Positions 46,423-55,769 of a DNA stretch of 64,000 nt are shown piece after piece. A model generated the notes under the pieces. That model had not been told where the DNA came from. It searched no databases and saw nothing but the letters and a program-made list of their open reading frames with translations. The stretch is from a bacterium (GTDB lineage: Bacteria; Patescibacteriota; Microgenomatia; Woykebacterales; RBG-16-39-9b). A program made the translations under genes and the position numbers. The number at the start of each line of letters is the position of its first letter. Positions within the stretch are counted from its first letter, which is position 1. The DNA lies in assembly GCA_030704665.1 (NCBI GenBank), contig JAUYID010000009.1:729702-793701 (forward strand), read 5' to 3'.

Positions 46423-46956
46423 CTATTTAACTTTACTGAAACTAACCTTCTTGTCAACGACCAAGCTTTTTACTAGTTCAAAACCTCCGAAAAAAGCTCC
46501 AGTATAGAAAAGGTCTCCCAAAACAGTATTTCGGAAGAAAGGAATCCCCATCAGGTAGCTTTGGAACAAACCTTCCAAAGTTTTCGGATAAAGACTTTCA
46601 GTGTAGAGAACCCCAAAGTTGGTAATCAGAAAGAAAAGAACTGAGGAAAGCAAAGAAGCCCCCAAAACGTTGACCGCACTTTTGTGATTGCGTAGCCAAA
46701 AGCCAATAGCCCCAATCAGTAGAAAGCTCCCGTAAATAACCAGCCGAGAGTCAAAACCGTCAAAGCCAATGAAGATGTCCGAAACAATCATTGCCGAGAG
46801 CGGCAAAACCAAAGCTAAACGCCTATCTAGATAGACCCCGCCAAAAAGAGCCATCGCACCAATCGGAGCAAAGTTCGCTGGGTGAGGAAGTATCCGCAGG
46901 GAGGCAGCGAGCACGATAATTAGGACTGGTAGAATCAATGAGTTAATGTTTTTCAT
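46423..46956 (-). CDS. DUF6580-family putative transport protein (S-component-like)
   Basis: RILPHPANFAPIGAMALFGG, SDIFIG, FFLITNFGV, GIPFFRNT..GDLFY. Confidence 0.8.
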   Translation of the reverse strand: MKNINSLILPVLIIVLAASLRILPHPANFAPIGAMALFGGVYLDRRLALVLPLSAMIVSDIFIGFDGFDSRLVIYGSFLLIGAIGFWLRNHKSAVNVLGASLLSSVLFFLITNFGVLYTESLYPKTLEGLFQSYLMGIPFFRNTVLGDLFYTGAFFGGFELVKSLVVDKKVSFSKVK

Positions 46957-47029
46957 AAACTATGAAAACTACTTTAACTTATTTCTTTTTTTAAGTCTAG
47001 ATCCAAATATCCCCGATTCTAAGTAGGAG

Positions 47030-47061
47030 CAACTCTCTGGAACAGGTGTTTCAGAGAGTTG
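47030..47061 (-). terminator. Hairpin after DUF4430 lipoprotein
   Basis: CAACTCTCTGGAAC-AGGT-GTTTCAGAGAGTTG. Confidence 0.55.
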
Positions 47062-47074
47062 ACAGAAACGAAGG

Positions 47075-47869
47075 TTAATAGCCCAGCTCCCAGGTCACTC
47101 TGTCTTGAGACTGAAGTCTCATATTTGAGACCCCAACGCCGGCGGATCGCCCGTTTACAGAGTACTTCAACCAAGGACCAGAGTTTGAGTCTCCACCTAC
47201 ACTGCTGATCCCTCCAATGAATTGACCCAACGGTTCTGGGAAATTAATCGCTTGCAGTGCAACAGCATTCTTCTGACCAACAAATACCAGAAAATCCCAA
47301 ACTGTTGAGCCTTCTGGAATCCGCTCGGAAACAACCATACCGGCCGCAGGAACTTCCAAGGTGACTACCATCCCAGCCTCCACAGTCGCTGTCGGTTGCT
47401 CTGACGTTGAGGTTGGAGCAACTTCAGACGGTGTTGGTGACGGATCTGGGTTCACCACCTCAGTCGGAGGCGGTATCGCTGTTGCTGGCTCAGTCGTTGG
47501 AGCACCAATCTCTTCCATAGCCGGTGAGGCTGCTGGTTGCGTCGACACAGGAGTTTCCACAGCTGGATCTGTCTGAACTATAGACGACCGTTCAGAGCTT
47601 CCAACTACCTCAACTTCAGAGTTTGGTCTTTGACTGCCTGCTACAACAGTCTCTCCTGAGGAGACAGGTGTAGTCTGAGGCGCGGTTGTAGGTCGAGCAG
47701 TGGAAGTTGGACTCGAACTTACCCTCGTCTTACCAGGTGTCCGAGCTGTACTTTCTGGAGTCTGTCCAACTTGATCTCGATTACCCATCCCACAAGCTTC
47801 AAGAACAATTGCCGCTAATGCAGCTGAAACCAAGCCAAGCATTCGCCTCCGGCTTATAGGTCTTTGCAT
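47075..47869 (-). CDS. Lipoprotein with twin-arginine-like signal, P/T-rich stalk and C-terminal DUF4430-like domain
   Basis: SRRRMLG..LEAC; STVWDFL..LGQFIGGI..KYSVNG..VGVS..LQSQDRVTW. Confidence 0.75.
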   Translation of the reverse strand: MQRPISRRRMLGLVSAALAAIVLEACGMGNRDQVGQTPESTARTPGKTRVSSSPTSTARPTTAPQTTPVSSGETVVAGSQRPNSEVEVVGSSERSSIVQTDPAVETPVSTQPAASPAMEEIGAPTTEPATAIPPPTEVVNPDPSPTPSEVAPTSTSEQPTATVEAGMVVTLEVPAAGMVVSERIPEGSTVWDFLVFVGQKNAVALQAINFPEPLGQFIGGISSVGGDSNSGPWLKYSVNGRSAGVGVSNMRLQSQDRVTWELGY

Positions 47870-47896
47870 CACTCTCTCCTCTCTGTTGATTCCCTC

Positions 47897-49084
47897 TTAC
47901 TTCCTGAACATCTTCTCTGAAAGAAGCGAAAACACTGCACCAAAACTAACCCCTACGAACCCAAAGATAAACCAGACTGAAGTATCAAAACCAGTGTTTG
48001 GCAAAGTATCGGCAGCCAAAACTTCACCATCCTTATCGCTACCAGTTACCTTTGGGTCCTCATTATTGTCACTTCCTGGATCGTTATTCTCATTTCCAGG
48101 CTCGTTTTCATCTGGTTGGGTTGGTTGGTTTGGCTCTTCTTGATTCGGCTCTTCGAAAGTGCCTTCGAAAACCATGACTGGAAAACTTTTCTGAGCCAAG
48201 GCAGTTAGAGAGTTGGAGGAGGTAAAAGTATCAATTCCAAAACCACCATCGATGCCTCCATTTTGCCCTTGTTTGGAAACAAGAAAGTTAAGACCATTGC
48301 TAACCACTATATCATCACCAAGCACAGCTTGGATCACCCAGGCAGTTGAAGCAGCATCAGTACCAAAACCGGTTTGGTACTCCCAACCACCATCAGCTTG
48401 TTGCAGACTAGTTAAATAGTTAACGGCATTTGTAATTGCACTGTCCAAGCCAGAATTTGTAAAACCTGCATCTTGAGCTGCTTTTAAAGCCAAAACAGCC
48501 GCTGCAGTATCATTTGAATCAGAGCTTCCTGAAGTCGAATAGCTCCAACCAAAATCTGAATTTTGATGGGCAAGGATAAAATTAACACTGTCAGAAATGA
48601 TCTGTTGATTGGCACTTAGTCCGGCAGAAATCAAAGCCAAAACTCCGAAAATATCATCGTTTACCCCTGCGATTGAACCAATTTGGTTTGCACTGGCAAA
48701 ACTCTGAACTTTGGCAACATAGTTGACACCACCAAAGGTAAAGGGGTTCTGCCCGGCCGCAGTTACGGCAAGTAAGTCTCTCTCCCAAGCAGTAGTGGCG
48801 GCAGCGTCTGGCTGATTATTTTTCAGGAAATCGACAACCGAGTTTCCTGAATTTTCAATAGTATTGGGATCAATTCCGGCCGCTTCTAGTCCCATGATCG
48901 TCCAGGAAGTCTCTCCCCCAAAGCCGGTAATCTGTCCGGAGCTGTCTTGTTGCGATTGTAAATAACTTACCAACGAAGTGATGTTGCCGCTAACATCGGG
49001 TGTTGCAGCCAAAGCAACGCTTGGCAGTAAACTGAGGGCAGCTAGGCAACTAACAAGGGCAGTCGAAAGTTTGGTTTTGGTCAT
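47897..49084 (-). CDS. Secreted prenyltransferase/squalene-cyclase-like alpha/alpha barrel protein with LPNTG-TM tail
   Basis: YLQSQQDSSGQ, FILAHQNSDFGW, SDSNDTAAAVLAL, YLTSLQQADGGW; LPNTG + TM + basic tail. Confidence 0.8.
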   Translation of the reverse strand: MTKTKLSTALVSCLAALSLLPSVALAATPDVSGNITSLVSYLQSQQDSSGQITGFGGETSWTIMGLEAAGIDPNTIENSGNSVVDFLKNNQPDAAATTAWERDLLAVTAAGQNPFTFGGVNYVAKVQSFASANQIGSIAGVNDDIFGVLALISAGLSANQQIISDSVNFILAHQNSDFGWSYSTSGSSDSNDTAAAVLALKAAQDAGFTNSGLDSAITNAVNYLTSLQQADGGWEYQTGFGTDAASTAWVIQAVLGDDIVVSNGLNFLVSKQGQNGGIDGGFGIDTFTSSNSLTALAQKSFPVMVFEGTFEEPNQEEPNQPTQPDENEPGNENNDPGSDNNEDPKVTGSDKDGEVLAADTLPNTGFDTSVWFIFGFVGVSFGAVFSLLSEKMFRK

Positions 49085-49093
49085 TCTAGCCTC

Positions 49094-49663
49094 CTAAACT
49101 TTTTTCCAAGTAATAATATCGTTCTCATTCACAGTAACAACTGAAGCACCTTTGCTTGGCGCTTCACCGTTTACTTTGTAGGTCCAATCGCCCTCAACCC
49201 CATGCAGCTGCGTGATAAAGGCTCCCCAACTACCGTAGTTTGTGTATTTCAAAGAAAAGTTAAATTTTGTATGAGCTTCGTCCAAAACTTCAAAAACCGT
49301 CATCCCCTCGATCCAGTCAACTTGGTAGTCATAAGAATCTTCTCCAGTGTCTATTTTTAAAGAAACTGTTTTTACTTCGGGAATTTGGCTTTTGGTTGGG
49401 TTTGAAGATTTTTTGTCGGCTACCACCGCTGGTGCAGTCTTTTGGATAGTTGCTGCTTTAGTCTGACCTGAAGCTTTCTCCAGACCGTCATCTGGTTGAG
49501 TTGTATTTTCTTGGCTGCTTTTTTTATTGCTCTCTTCAACTACAGTTTTGTTTGATTCTAGATTCGAAGTTGATTTGGTACTCTGGATTTCGCCGAGGAC
49601 AATAGTCGAACCAACCAAAATTATTAAAGCTGTTGTGATAAATAAAGAAACTTTGTTTTTCAT
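49094..49663 (-). CDS. Membrane-anchored DUF4430 (transcobalamin beta-domain-like) protein
   Basis: MTVFEVL..WGAFITQLHGV..WTYKVNG..GAS..VNENDIITW; AAGGAGG SD. Confidence 0.85.
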   Translation of the reverse strand: MKNKVSLFITTALIILVGSTIVLGEIQSTKSTSNLESNKTVVEESNKKSSQENTTQPDDGLEKASGQTKAATIQKTAPAVVADKKSSNPTKSQIPEVKTVSLKIDTGEDSYDYQVDWIEGMTVFEVLDEAHTKFNFSLKYTNYGSWGAFITQLHGVEGDWTYKVNGEAPSKGASVVTVNENDIITWKKV

Positions 49664-49693
49664 CAAAAAACCTCCTTCGAGAAAGGAGGTCCT

Positions 49694-49726
49694 AAAAAAC
49701 AAAAAACTTCTCGAGCTGAGAAGTTT
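49694..49726 (-). terminator. Riboswitch expression-platform terminator
   Basis: AAACTTCTC-AGCTC-GAGAAGTTT followed by TTTGTTTTTT. Confidence 0.8.
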
Positions 49727-49751
49727 GTTCTTGTCCTTTGCTCGAAGTAAT

Positions 49752-49859
49752 TCAAAGGCTGGGTTCTGGGTCTACAGTAGCGGCACTCCCCCGGAATTAC
49801 ACCGGGCTTCACCAATTCCTGCTTCGCTGAAAAACTTCAGCGAGGCGAGGGTCCTTTGA
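49752..49859 (-). ncRNA. Cobalamin riboswitch (compact)
   Basis: TCAAAGG/CCTTTGA closing stem; GAAGCCCGGTGTAATTCCGGG T-loop hairpin; GCCGCTACTGT B12-box-like; CCAGAACC. Confidence 0.85.
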
Positions 49860-49883
49860 GTTTTTAATTGTTAAGTGTTTATT

Positions 49884-49912
49884 ACTTTAAAACGTGGCAA
49901 TTTTTCTGTCAA
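49884..49912 (-). promoter_or_regulatory. Promoter of riboswitch-led cluster
   Basis: TTGACA-17 nt-TAAAGT. Confidence 0.7.
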
Positions 49913-50013
49913 GACTGCAACTTTTTCTACTTACTGCTTACCTGTGAATTTCTTGAGGAGAAAAAAGGCAACTGCGAAAAAAGAGATAATTGCTGCGCCA
50001 ATACCTACAAAAA

Positions 50014-50514
50014 TCATGACATCATTTTCCTTTTTAGATACTCTGAAAAGTAATTCTTATATCTTTCTCGGATTTCTTCTTTGTACCAATCATCGCCAGT
50101 GATCACCCGTCGACAGTTCAAACTACCACAGTCACAGTACATCTCAAAGTGCGAAGATTCGCTCATTGCATAGTCAAAAGTGATTTCTTCTCCAGGATAA
50201 ATACTTCTCATCGCTACAAGTCTCAGCTTTCCAGAAAAACCTGAATTGGGGTCACAAGAATGATTGATAAAGTCGACATCTTCTAGTTCGTTTTTGTTGG
50301 TAGCCACAAAAAATTGGTCTTCCCCGGTTTGCAGCATGTAATCATAGCCCAAATCAAAAAATTTATTGGCCTCTTTGGTGGGGAGGAACTTGCCTGGTCC
50401 TTGGCGGTAGTCAACGAGCAGCTCGCCTTTTTTGATAAATTCCGAAGCAAAAAGCCCTTGTCCGATTTTACTTTGTGCCAGAACAATCTTTGGGGAAAGG
50501 AATGACTTTTTCAT
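50014..50514 (-). CDS. SET-domain protein with post-SET cysteines
   Basis: GQGLFA, FINHSCDPN, GEEITFDY, CDCGSLNCR. Confidence 0.92.
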   Translation of the reverse strand: MKKSFLSPKIVLAQSKIGQGLFASEFIKKGELLVDYRQGPGKFLPTKEANKFFDLGYDYMLQTGEDQFFVATNKNELEDVDFINHSCDPNSGFSGKLRLVAMRSIYPGEEITFDYAMSESSHFEMYCDCGSLNCRRVITGDDWYKEEIRERYKNYFSEYLKRKMMS

Positions 50515-50561
50515 TTGGGCAGCTACAAAAATTATCCTGCTTTGCTTTCTGAAAGTCAAAC

Positions 50562-51518
50562 TTAGTAATAAATTGTTTGGGTGAGATGGTAGGGCTTATC
50601 CAGTTTGGTTTTGTCTTGGGAAGCAATCCAGAGGACATTTTGCAAGTCAAGTTGGTTGAGTTTAATTCCTCTCTTTTCTAACCTCTCGGCAAGAAGTTGG
50701 CAAGCCCAAAGCATACTGGCCCGAATTTCAATTTCTTCTTCACTTCCCTGGTCTAGCTCAACTCGGTTGTCCACTTTTTCAGCCAAATCACGCCTGTATT
50801 TGAGCAAACCCAAAGTGCGCAAAATCGCTGGAACTTTGTAGTCAGCAAAGCCGTGCATCTCTTCAATCCCGACAATCGGCTCAACTAGGTGGTGCAAGTC
50901 AGCCAAAACTACTTGCGTTTTTTTGTAAAAGTAAACTTCTTTGCCTTTATACGTTGGGACATCATCAAAACCCTGAAGCTCGCTTGCTAGCCCTGCAACA
51001 AGAGTTAGGGCGTCCTTTTTGTGCTCCTCAAAGAAATTGCCAAACTTGCCCTGATACTTTTCAACCAACCTCTCCCCAAGCGCTTTCATGAGATCGTAGC
51101 GCTGTCTCAAAAGTGGAGTTTCCGGTTCCCCTCGATAGATTTCCTGGGTTTTTTCGAGACTAAGATCAGCAAGAAAATTTCCGTCACTAATGTCGTTGCC
51201 TTCTTCGAGCGCTCTCTCAAAAGCAGCAATATTGCCCCACCAACCGTCAAGCTTTTGTCCCTTGTACTCAAGCGTCCATTTACTCGGGTGACCCCAATAG
51301 CAAAAAGCTTGGTTGCCCAGAACAATCAAAAAACCAATTTCTTTTTCTTTGGGTCGGTCGGATTTGTAGCCTAGTGGATAAGCGCGGCTCCAATGAACAG
51401 TTTTTGTGGGAACAAAGTTTTTGGCATAGGAATCAATAGCTTCTTCGTCAATGGTAACTAATTGAGCCTGATCAACTACATTTTTAACCGAGTCGAGGAT
51501 TTTTTCTTTGGTTAACAT
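50562..51518 (-). CDS. Queuosine salvage protein (DUF2419/Qng1-like queuosine 5'-phosphate N-glycosylase)
   Basis: AFCYW, FYKKTQ, FADYKVPAILR..GLLKY, EEEIEIRA, YHLTQTIYY. Confidence 0.85.
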   Translation of the reverse strand: MLTKEKILDSVKNVVDQAQLVTIDEEAIDSYAKNFVPTKTVHWSRAYPLGYKSDRPKEKEIGFLIVLGNQAFCYWGHPSKWTLEYKGQKLDGWWGNIAAFERALEEGNDISDGNFLADLSLEKTQEIYRGEPETPLLRQRYDLMKALGERLVEKYQGKFGNFFEEHKKDALTLVAGLASELQGFDDVPTYKGKEVYFYKKTQVVLADLHHLVEPIVGIEEMHGFADYKVPAILRTLGLLKYRRDLAEKVDNRVELDQGSEEEIEIRASMLWACQLLAERLEKRGIKLNQLDLQNVLWIASQDKTKLDKPYHLTQTIYY

Positions 51519-52113
51519 GTGCAAAAGATACTAGCATATTTTTGTAATAAGAAAAAAGTTGCATTAATTCCGTCTTCGCTTTCATCTGATCAACTATCGA
51601 CTTAAATTTTTTCTCATTCAACTTTCCTGACTCTAAAATTTCCAAAATATCTTTCTCATCCTTTTTTCCCATTCGCTGACCGCGCCGGTGTATCAAGTAG
51701 TAAAGAAAAATATTTTCTAAAGAGGTCACTGGTAAACTAATACCTAAGTAACGTTCGTAAGTGATATTAGAGAAAAATTCTTCTGAGAACGGGACCTCAA
51801 ATCTGACTCCTTCACGTACCGTAACCAACTCGGTAGTAATATCAAATTCTCCGTCCTCGATTTCAATACAGTGATTATCGTAGCGGCCGTGATAAATGTT
51901 TTTCGGTCGTCTCAGGCTGACTTTTGTTTTTAGTTGTTTTTCTAGAAAAAGATAGAGCTCTTTGATGTTGGGGTGGAAAACTCTAAAGTCGATATCTTGA
52001 TGGTTACCTTGAAAGCCTAGTAGGTAAAGTCCAATTCCCGCATGTATGTAGTATTTATATTTTTCAGTTTCTAAAACATTTTTTATTTCTCTCAAGGTTC
52101 CTAAATTTATCAA
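51484..52113 (-). CDS. Nucleotidyltransferase-fold protein
   Basis: YYIHAGIGLYLLG...QDIDF, LPVTSLE, KDEKD. Confidence 0.65.
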   Translation of the reverse strand: MINLGTLREIKNVLETEKYKYYIHAGIGLYLLGFQGNHQDIDFRVFHPNIKELYLFLEKQLKTKVSLRRPKNIYHGRYDNHCIEIEDGEFDITTELVTVREGVRFEVPFSEEFFSNITYERYLGISLPVTSLENIFLYYLIHRRGQRMGKKDEKDILEILESGKLNEKKFKSIVDQMKAKTELMQLFSYYKNMLVSFAHVNQRKNPRLG

Positions 52114-52248
52114 CTTTGGAAAGAGCTAATAATCTAAATTTAAGTTTTGAGAAAAATATTGTCAATTCTAGGAAATAGCGTTAGAATAATATAGTATCTA
52201 ATCCTACGCGGTCTTCCAACTCACTCCTTACACCGTCTGATTAACCAA

Positions 52249-54855
52249 CTAGCACTCGCTATGTCCACAATTTAAGCACTTTGCGCAGCCTTCTTCGTGG
52301 ACGAAGCTGGCGACACCACATTTCGGACAGAGATCCATTCTTCGGACATTTTTCATTGAGACCGCCTGTGCACTTGTTGCCGTAAAGGCAGCCGGAGCCT
52401 CGACTTTTTCAACCGAAGCATCAGGTGTAACATGACCATTGCCGTTACCGTTGGTAACTCCACTGCTACTGTGCCCGTTTCCGTTTGTCACCCCATTGCC
52501 GTTGTGGCCGTTGCTCGCTACCACTGCGTGACCGTTGCCGTTGGTAGCACCATTGGCAGTCACTGCTCCATTGGTAGTACTAGCAATTTCATCAGTGATT
52601 TGTGGATATGTACTCTCTTTGCCGAGGTATTCCGAAACAACTTTTGAAACCGCGTCCGCTAGAGAAAAGACTCGTCCTGAGCCAAAACCGCGCTGGGAAG
52701 AACCTCCAATACCGGCAAGTTGGTTGACGACCTGCTGAGCGACTTCTTTGGGTGAGTAACCAGTTGGAATGCGTAGGGCGAGAGAAATCAGCCGACCAAT
52801 GGCTTCGGCATCCGCGGTGATGTCGCTGCCAGCCTTGCCGACATTGACAAAAACTTCGAAAGGGTTACCCTCGGGATCAAGGTTGATGGTGACAAAGGCA
52901 TGTCCTACCGGAGTAGCAATACGGCGGGTTACTCCGGTTAGATAATCTGGGCGTTTGCGCAGGTGAACCGGAACTTGAGCACTCGGGGTTTCCTCTTTTT
53001 CTTTCTTTTCACTGTCCATGTGGGAAAGGACTCCTTCGCGAGAGCCATCGCGCATGTAGGTCACACCTTTACAGCCGGCATCGTAAGCTTGCATGTAAAG
53101 TCTTTTGACTTCTTCGACGCTGTGTTCGTTTGGTGCATTGACGGTTTTTGAAATTGAGCTGTCAGTGTAGTCTTGGACTAGAGCTTGGACGGTCACGTGT
53201 TCTTCCGGAGTCAGGTCATTAGCGCTGACAAACCATTCGGGTGCTTTTTCCGCTTCAGGATTGGCATTTTTCCACTCCTCGTAGAGAGGGTGGTAAATGG
53301 TATGCTCACCAGTACGGTCACGACGCACCATGGCGAAATCGTAAACCGGCTCAATCCCTGAGGAAACTCCACTAACTAGAGAGGTCGTTCCGGTTGGAGC
53401 TTGAGTGAGAAGGACAGCATTGCGAATACCGTTCTTCGCAATGAGATCGCGCACTCGGCTCGGAAGTTTTTTGATGAACCAACCCTGCAAGTATTTTTCG
53501 CGCTCAAAGTTCGAAAAGACTCCTTTTTCTTTAGCTAGCAAGGCACTTTCCTCATAAGCTGTATCCCGAATCGTTTTGTAGATTTTTTCGATCACTGGTT
53601 GGGCTTCGGTAGAGCCATAGCGAAGTTTCATTTTTATCAAGGCATCTCCCAAACCCATGGTTCCGAGCCCAGTGCGACGAATCCCCATCTGCTGCTCTCG
53701 ATTTTCCGGAAAATAGTAGCCGGTGACATCAACGACGTTGTCCATCATCCGAATGGCGATGTGAACTTTTTCTTCCAAATCTTCGAAATCGAATTCGCTG
53801 TTTTCTTTGACAAAGGCAGAGAGGTTCATCGCACCCAGATTGCAGACTGCCCAGGCTCCCAACGGCTGCTCACCGCAAGGGTTGGTGGCGATCAGTTTTT
53901 CGAAGTACCAAGTGTTGCTTCTTTTGTTCGATCTTTCAATGAAATGTAACCCTGGCTCAGCAGAGGCCCAGGCAGCTTCACAGATTTTGTTCCAAACCTC
54001 AGAGGCTTTGACAGTTTTGTAGACAACAACTTTTTTGCCCTCCGCCTTCCATTTGCTGATGTCCCCATCCCAGAGCTTGTCGTAGTCTGGATCAGTAATA
54101 TCTGGGAAGTAGAGATCCCAGTCTTTGTCATTTTTTACAGCTTCCATGAAAGCATCGGAAACACAAACTGAGAGGTTAGCACCGTTAATTCTGGTTAAAT
54201 CTTTTTTGACGGTGATGAACTCTTCAACATCCGGGTGCCAATCATCGATCATCAGCATCAAAGCGCCTCTTCGAGACCCACCTTGCTGGATGACATCATG
54301 AGTCGCCGTCGAGTAAAGCTCAGCCCAATTCACCGGTCCGGAGCTAGTGCCATTCACTTTTTTGACACGCGCCCCACGAGGCCGAAGCGAGGACAAGTTG
54401 ATGCCTACACCTCCGCTGCGGGACATGATGTCGACCATAAGTTTGAGATTGTCGATGATACCATTGCGGGAATCGTGCGGTGAGGGAATGACGAAACAGT
54501 TGTAGAAAGTCACTTCGTAGGGAGTCCCAGCTCCAGAAAGAACCCGACCGCCGGGAACGTATTTAAAACCTTTGAGGGCGGAATAAAATTTCTTGGTCCA
54601 TTCTTTTTGTTGTTCGGCGGTCTTTTCAACTTGGGCTAGCCCGGCAGCCACTCTCTTCCACATCTCCTCTGGATGTTTTTCGACAGAGTTGCCGGCAGCA
54701 TCTTTCAAAGAGTAGCGATCGGTGAAAACTTTGGCTCTAACTCCGGCGAGCTGGGTTTGCTCGCTATCCTCGATCAAAGATTCTAGTTTCTTTTGTAGTT
54801 TCTCTGAGAAGACAAATCCCTGCTGTCTGGATTTAGATTTAGCTTTCACAGCCAT
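52249..54855 (-). CDS. nrdJ: Adenosylcobalamin-dependent (class II) ribonucleotide reductase with C-terminal TSCPD/Zn-ribbon
   Basis: PGGRVL, NCFV, QGGSRRGA, TNPCGEQPL, CNLG, APTGTTS, SISKTVN, CPKC..EEGC..CLNC. Confidence 0.93.
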   Translation of the reverse strand: MAVKAKSKSRQQGFVFSEKLQKKLESLIEDSEQTQLAGVRAKVFTDRYSLKDAAGNSVEKHPEEMWKRVAAGLAQVEKTAEQQKEWTKKFYSALKGFKYVPGGRVLSGAGTPYEVTFYNCFVIPSPHDSRNGIIDNLKLMVDIMSRSGGVGINLSSLRPRGARVKKVNGTSSGPVNWAELYSTATHDVIQQGGSRRGALMLMIDDWHPDVEEFITVKKDLTRINGANLSVCVSDAFMEAVKNDKDWDLYFPDITDPDYDKLWDGDISKWKAEGKKVVVYKTVKASEVWNKICEAAWASAEPGLHFIERSNKRSNTWYFEKLIATNPCGEQPLGAWAVCNLGAMNLSAFVKENSEFDFEDLEEKVHIAIRMMDNVVDVTGYYFPENREQQMGIRRTGLGTMGLGDALIKMKLRYGSTEAQPVIEKIYKTIRDTAYEESALLAKEKGVFSNFEREKYLQGWFIKKLPSRVRDLIAKNGIRNAVLLTQAPTGTTSLVSGVSSGIEPVYDFAMVRRDRTGEHTIYHPLYEEWKNANPEAEKAPEWFVSANDLTPEEHVTVQALVQDYTDSSISKTVNAPNEHSVEEVKRLYMQAYDAGCKGVTYMRDGSREGVLSHMDSEKKEKEETPSAQVPVHLRKRPDYLTGVTRRIATPVGHAFVTINLDPEGNPFEVFVNVGKAGSDITADAEAIGRLISLALRIPTGYSPKEVAQQVVNQLAGIGGSSQRGFGSGRVFSLADAVSKVVSEYLGKESTYPQITDEIASTTNGAVTANGATNGNGHAVVASNGHNGNGVTNGNGHSSSGVTNGNGNGHVTPDASVEKVEAPAAFTATSAQAVSMKNVRRMDLCPKCGVASFVHEEGCAKCLNCGHSEC

Positions 54856-54873
54856 TTGGCAGTACCTCCTTGA

Positions 54874-55413
54874 TTAATTAACGTGACTAATTTTAGTCTT
54901 GTCTTTTAATGTCGTCTTCTGGGGGCGAAAACCCTCAGATTCACTCTTGCTTGCGGGTTTCCCGCTTCGCAACAAATTGCGAACTTCTTTTTCAAAAGCC
55001 TCAAGATCTCCAAAAGAGCGGTAAACACTAGCAAAACGGATGTAGGCGACTTTATCCAAAACTTTGAGTTTGTTCATGACGATCTCACCGATTTCTACTG
55101 AAGGAATCTCGATTGAATCTTTACTTCTTAGTTCTGACTCAATTTCCGAAACGACTTTTTCGATCCGATCCATCCCAATCGGTCGCTTCTCCGTGGCTTT
55201 GAGAAAACCATTAACCAGTTTCTTGCGGTCAAACTGCTCGCGTCTTCCATCTTTTTTGATGACAATCAAGTTCACCATTTCAATCCGCTCGTAAGTGGTA
55301 AAACGTTTACCACACTTGAGACACTCACGGCGACGGCGGATTGATTCGAGATCTTCTGTCTCGCGGCTATCGAGAACAGAAGTGTCAAAAAATGAACAAT
55401 ATGGACATTTCAT
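54874..55413 (-). CDS. nrdR: Transcriptional repressor NrdR
   Basis: MKCPYC, VLDSR, IRRRRECLKCGKRFTTYE, ATP cone, VAYIRFASVY. Confidence 0.97.
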   Translation of the reverse strand: MKCPYCSFFDTSVLDSRETEDLESIRRRRECLKCGKRFTTYERIEMVNLIVIKKDGRREQFDRKKLVNGFLKATEKRPIGMDRIEKVVSEIESELRSKDSIEIPSVEIGEIVMNKLKVLDKVAYIRFASVYRSFGDLEAFEKEVRNLLRSGKPASKSESEGFRPQKTTLKDKTKISHVN

Positions 55414-55691
55414 AGTTTTCAAAAACTACAGCATGCTTTGGCGTGCTATAAGTTTAATTTTACAGAACGCAAAGCGATCTATAAAGACTTTCTAAGTTTC
55501 CTCGCCGAAGCGATCACAACTGCTGTTTAAAACTTTTAAAGTAACTGTCCTTTACTTGCTGGTGCGCGACTGTGAGGAACTAAAGACTCTTCATCGGATC
55601 AAATCGGTAATCCAGTCGCTAAATATTTGTCTTTTCTATCAAGTGCGAGAGGTTAGTGGTAAAAGGGGTTTTCACGAATGGAAAGCCTCAG

Positions 55692-55745
55692 GCACAAGAT
55701 ATTGAGTACATTTACCATGCTAGCACCTATATGTAGGGTTGTCAA
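55692..55745 (-). promoter_or_regulatory. nrdR-nrdJ promoter with tandem NrdR boxes
   Basis: GCACAAGATATTGAGT (55692) and GCACCTATATGTAGGG (55723), 31 bp apart; TTGACA-17-TAGCAT overlapping box 2. Confidence 0.8.
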
Positions 55746-55769
55746 TATGAGGTGGCGCTTGCTAAAAAG

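Noticed and set aside
55470-55620. RNase P RNA or hammerhead ribozyme (GATCGC..GAGGAAA; CCGATGA..GAAAC)
   Set aside because: No GAGGAAAGTCC or 3' P4 partner, too short; the hammerhead core CUGAUGA is not exact and flanking stems are not evident
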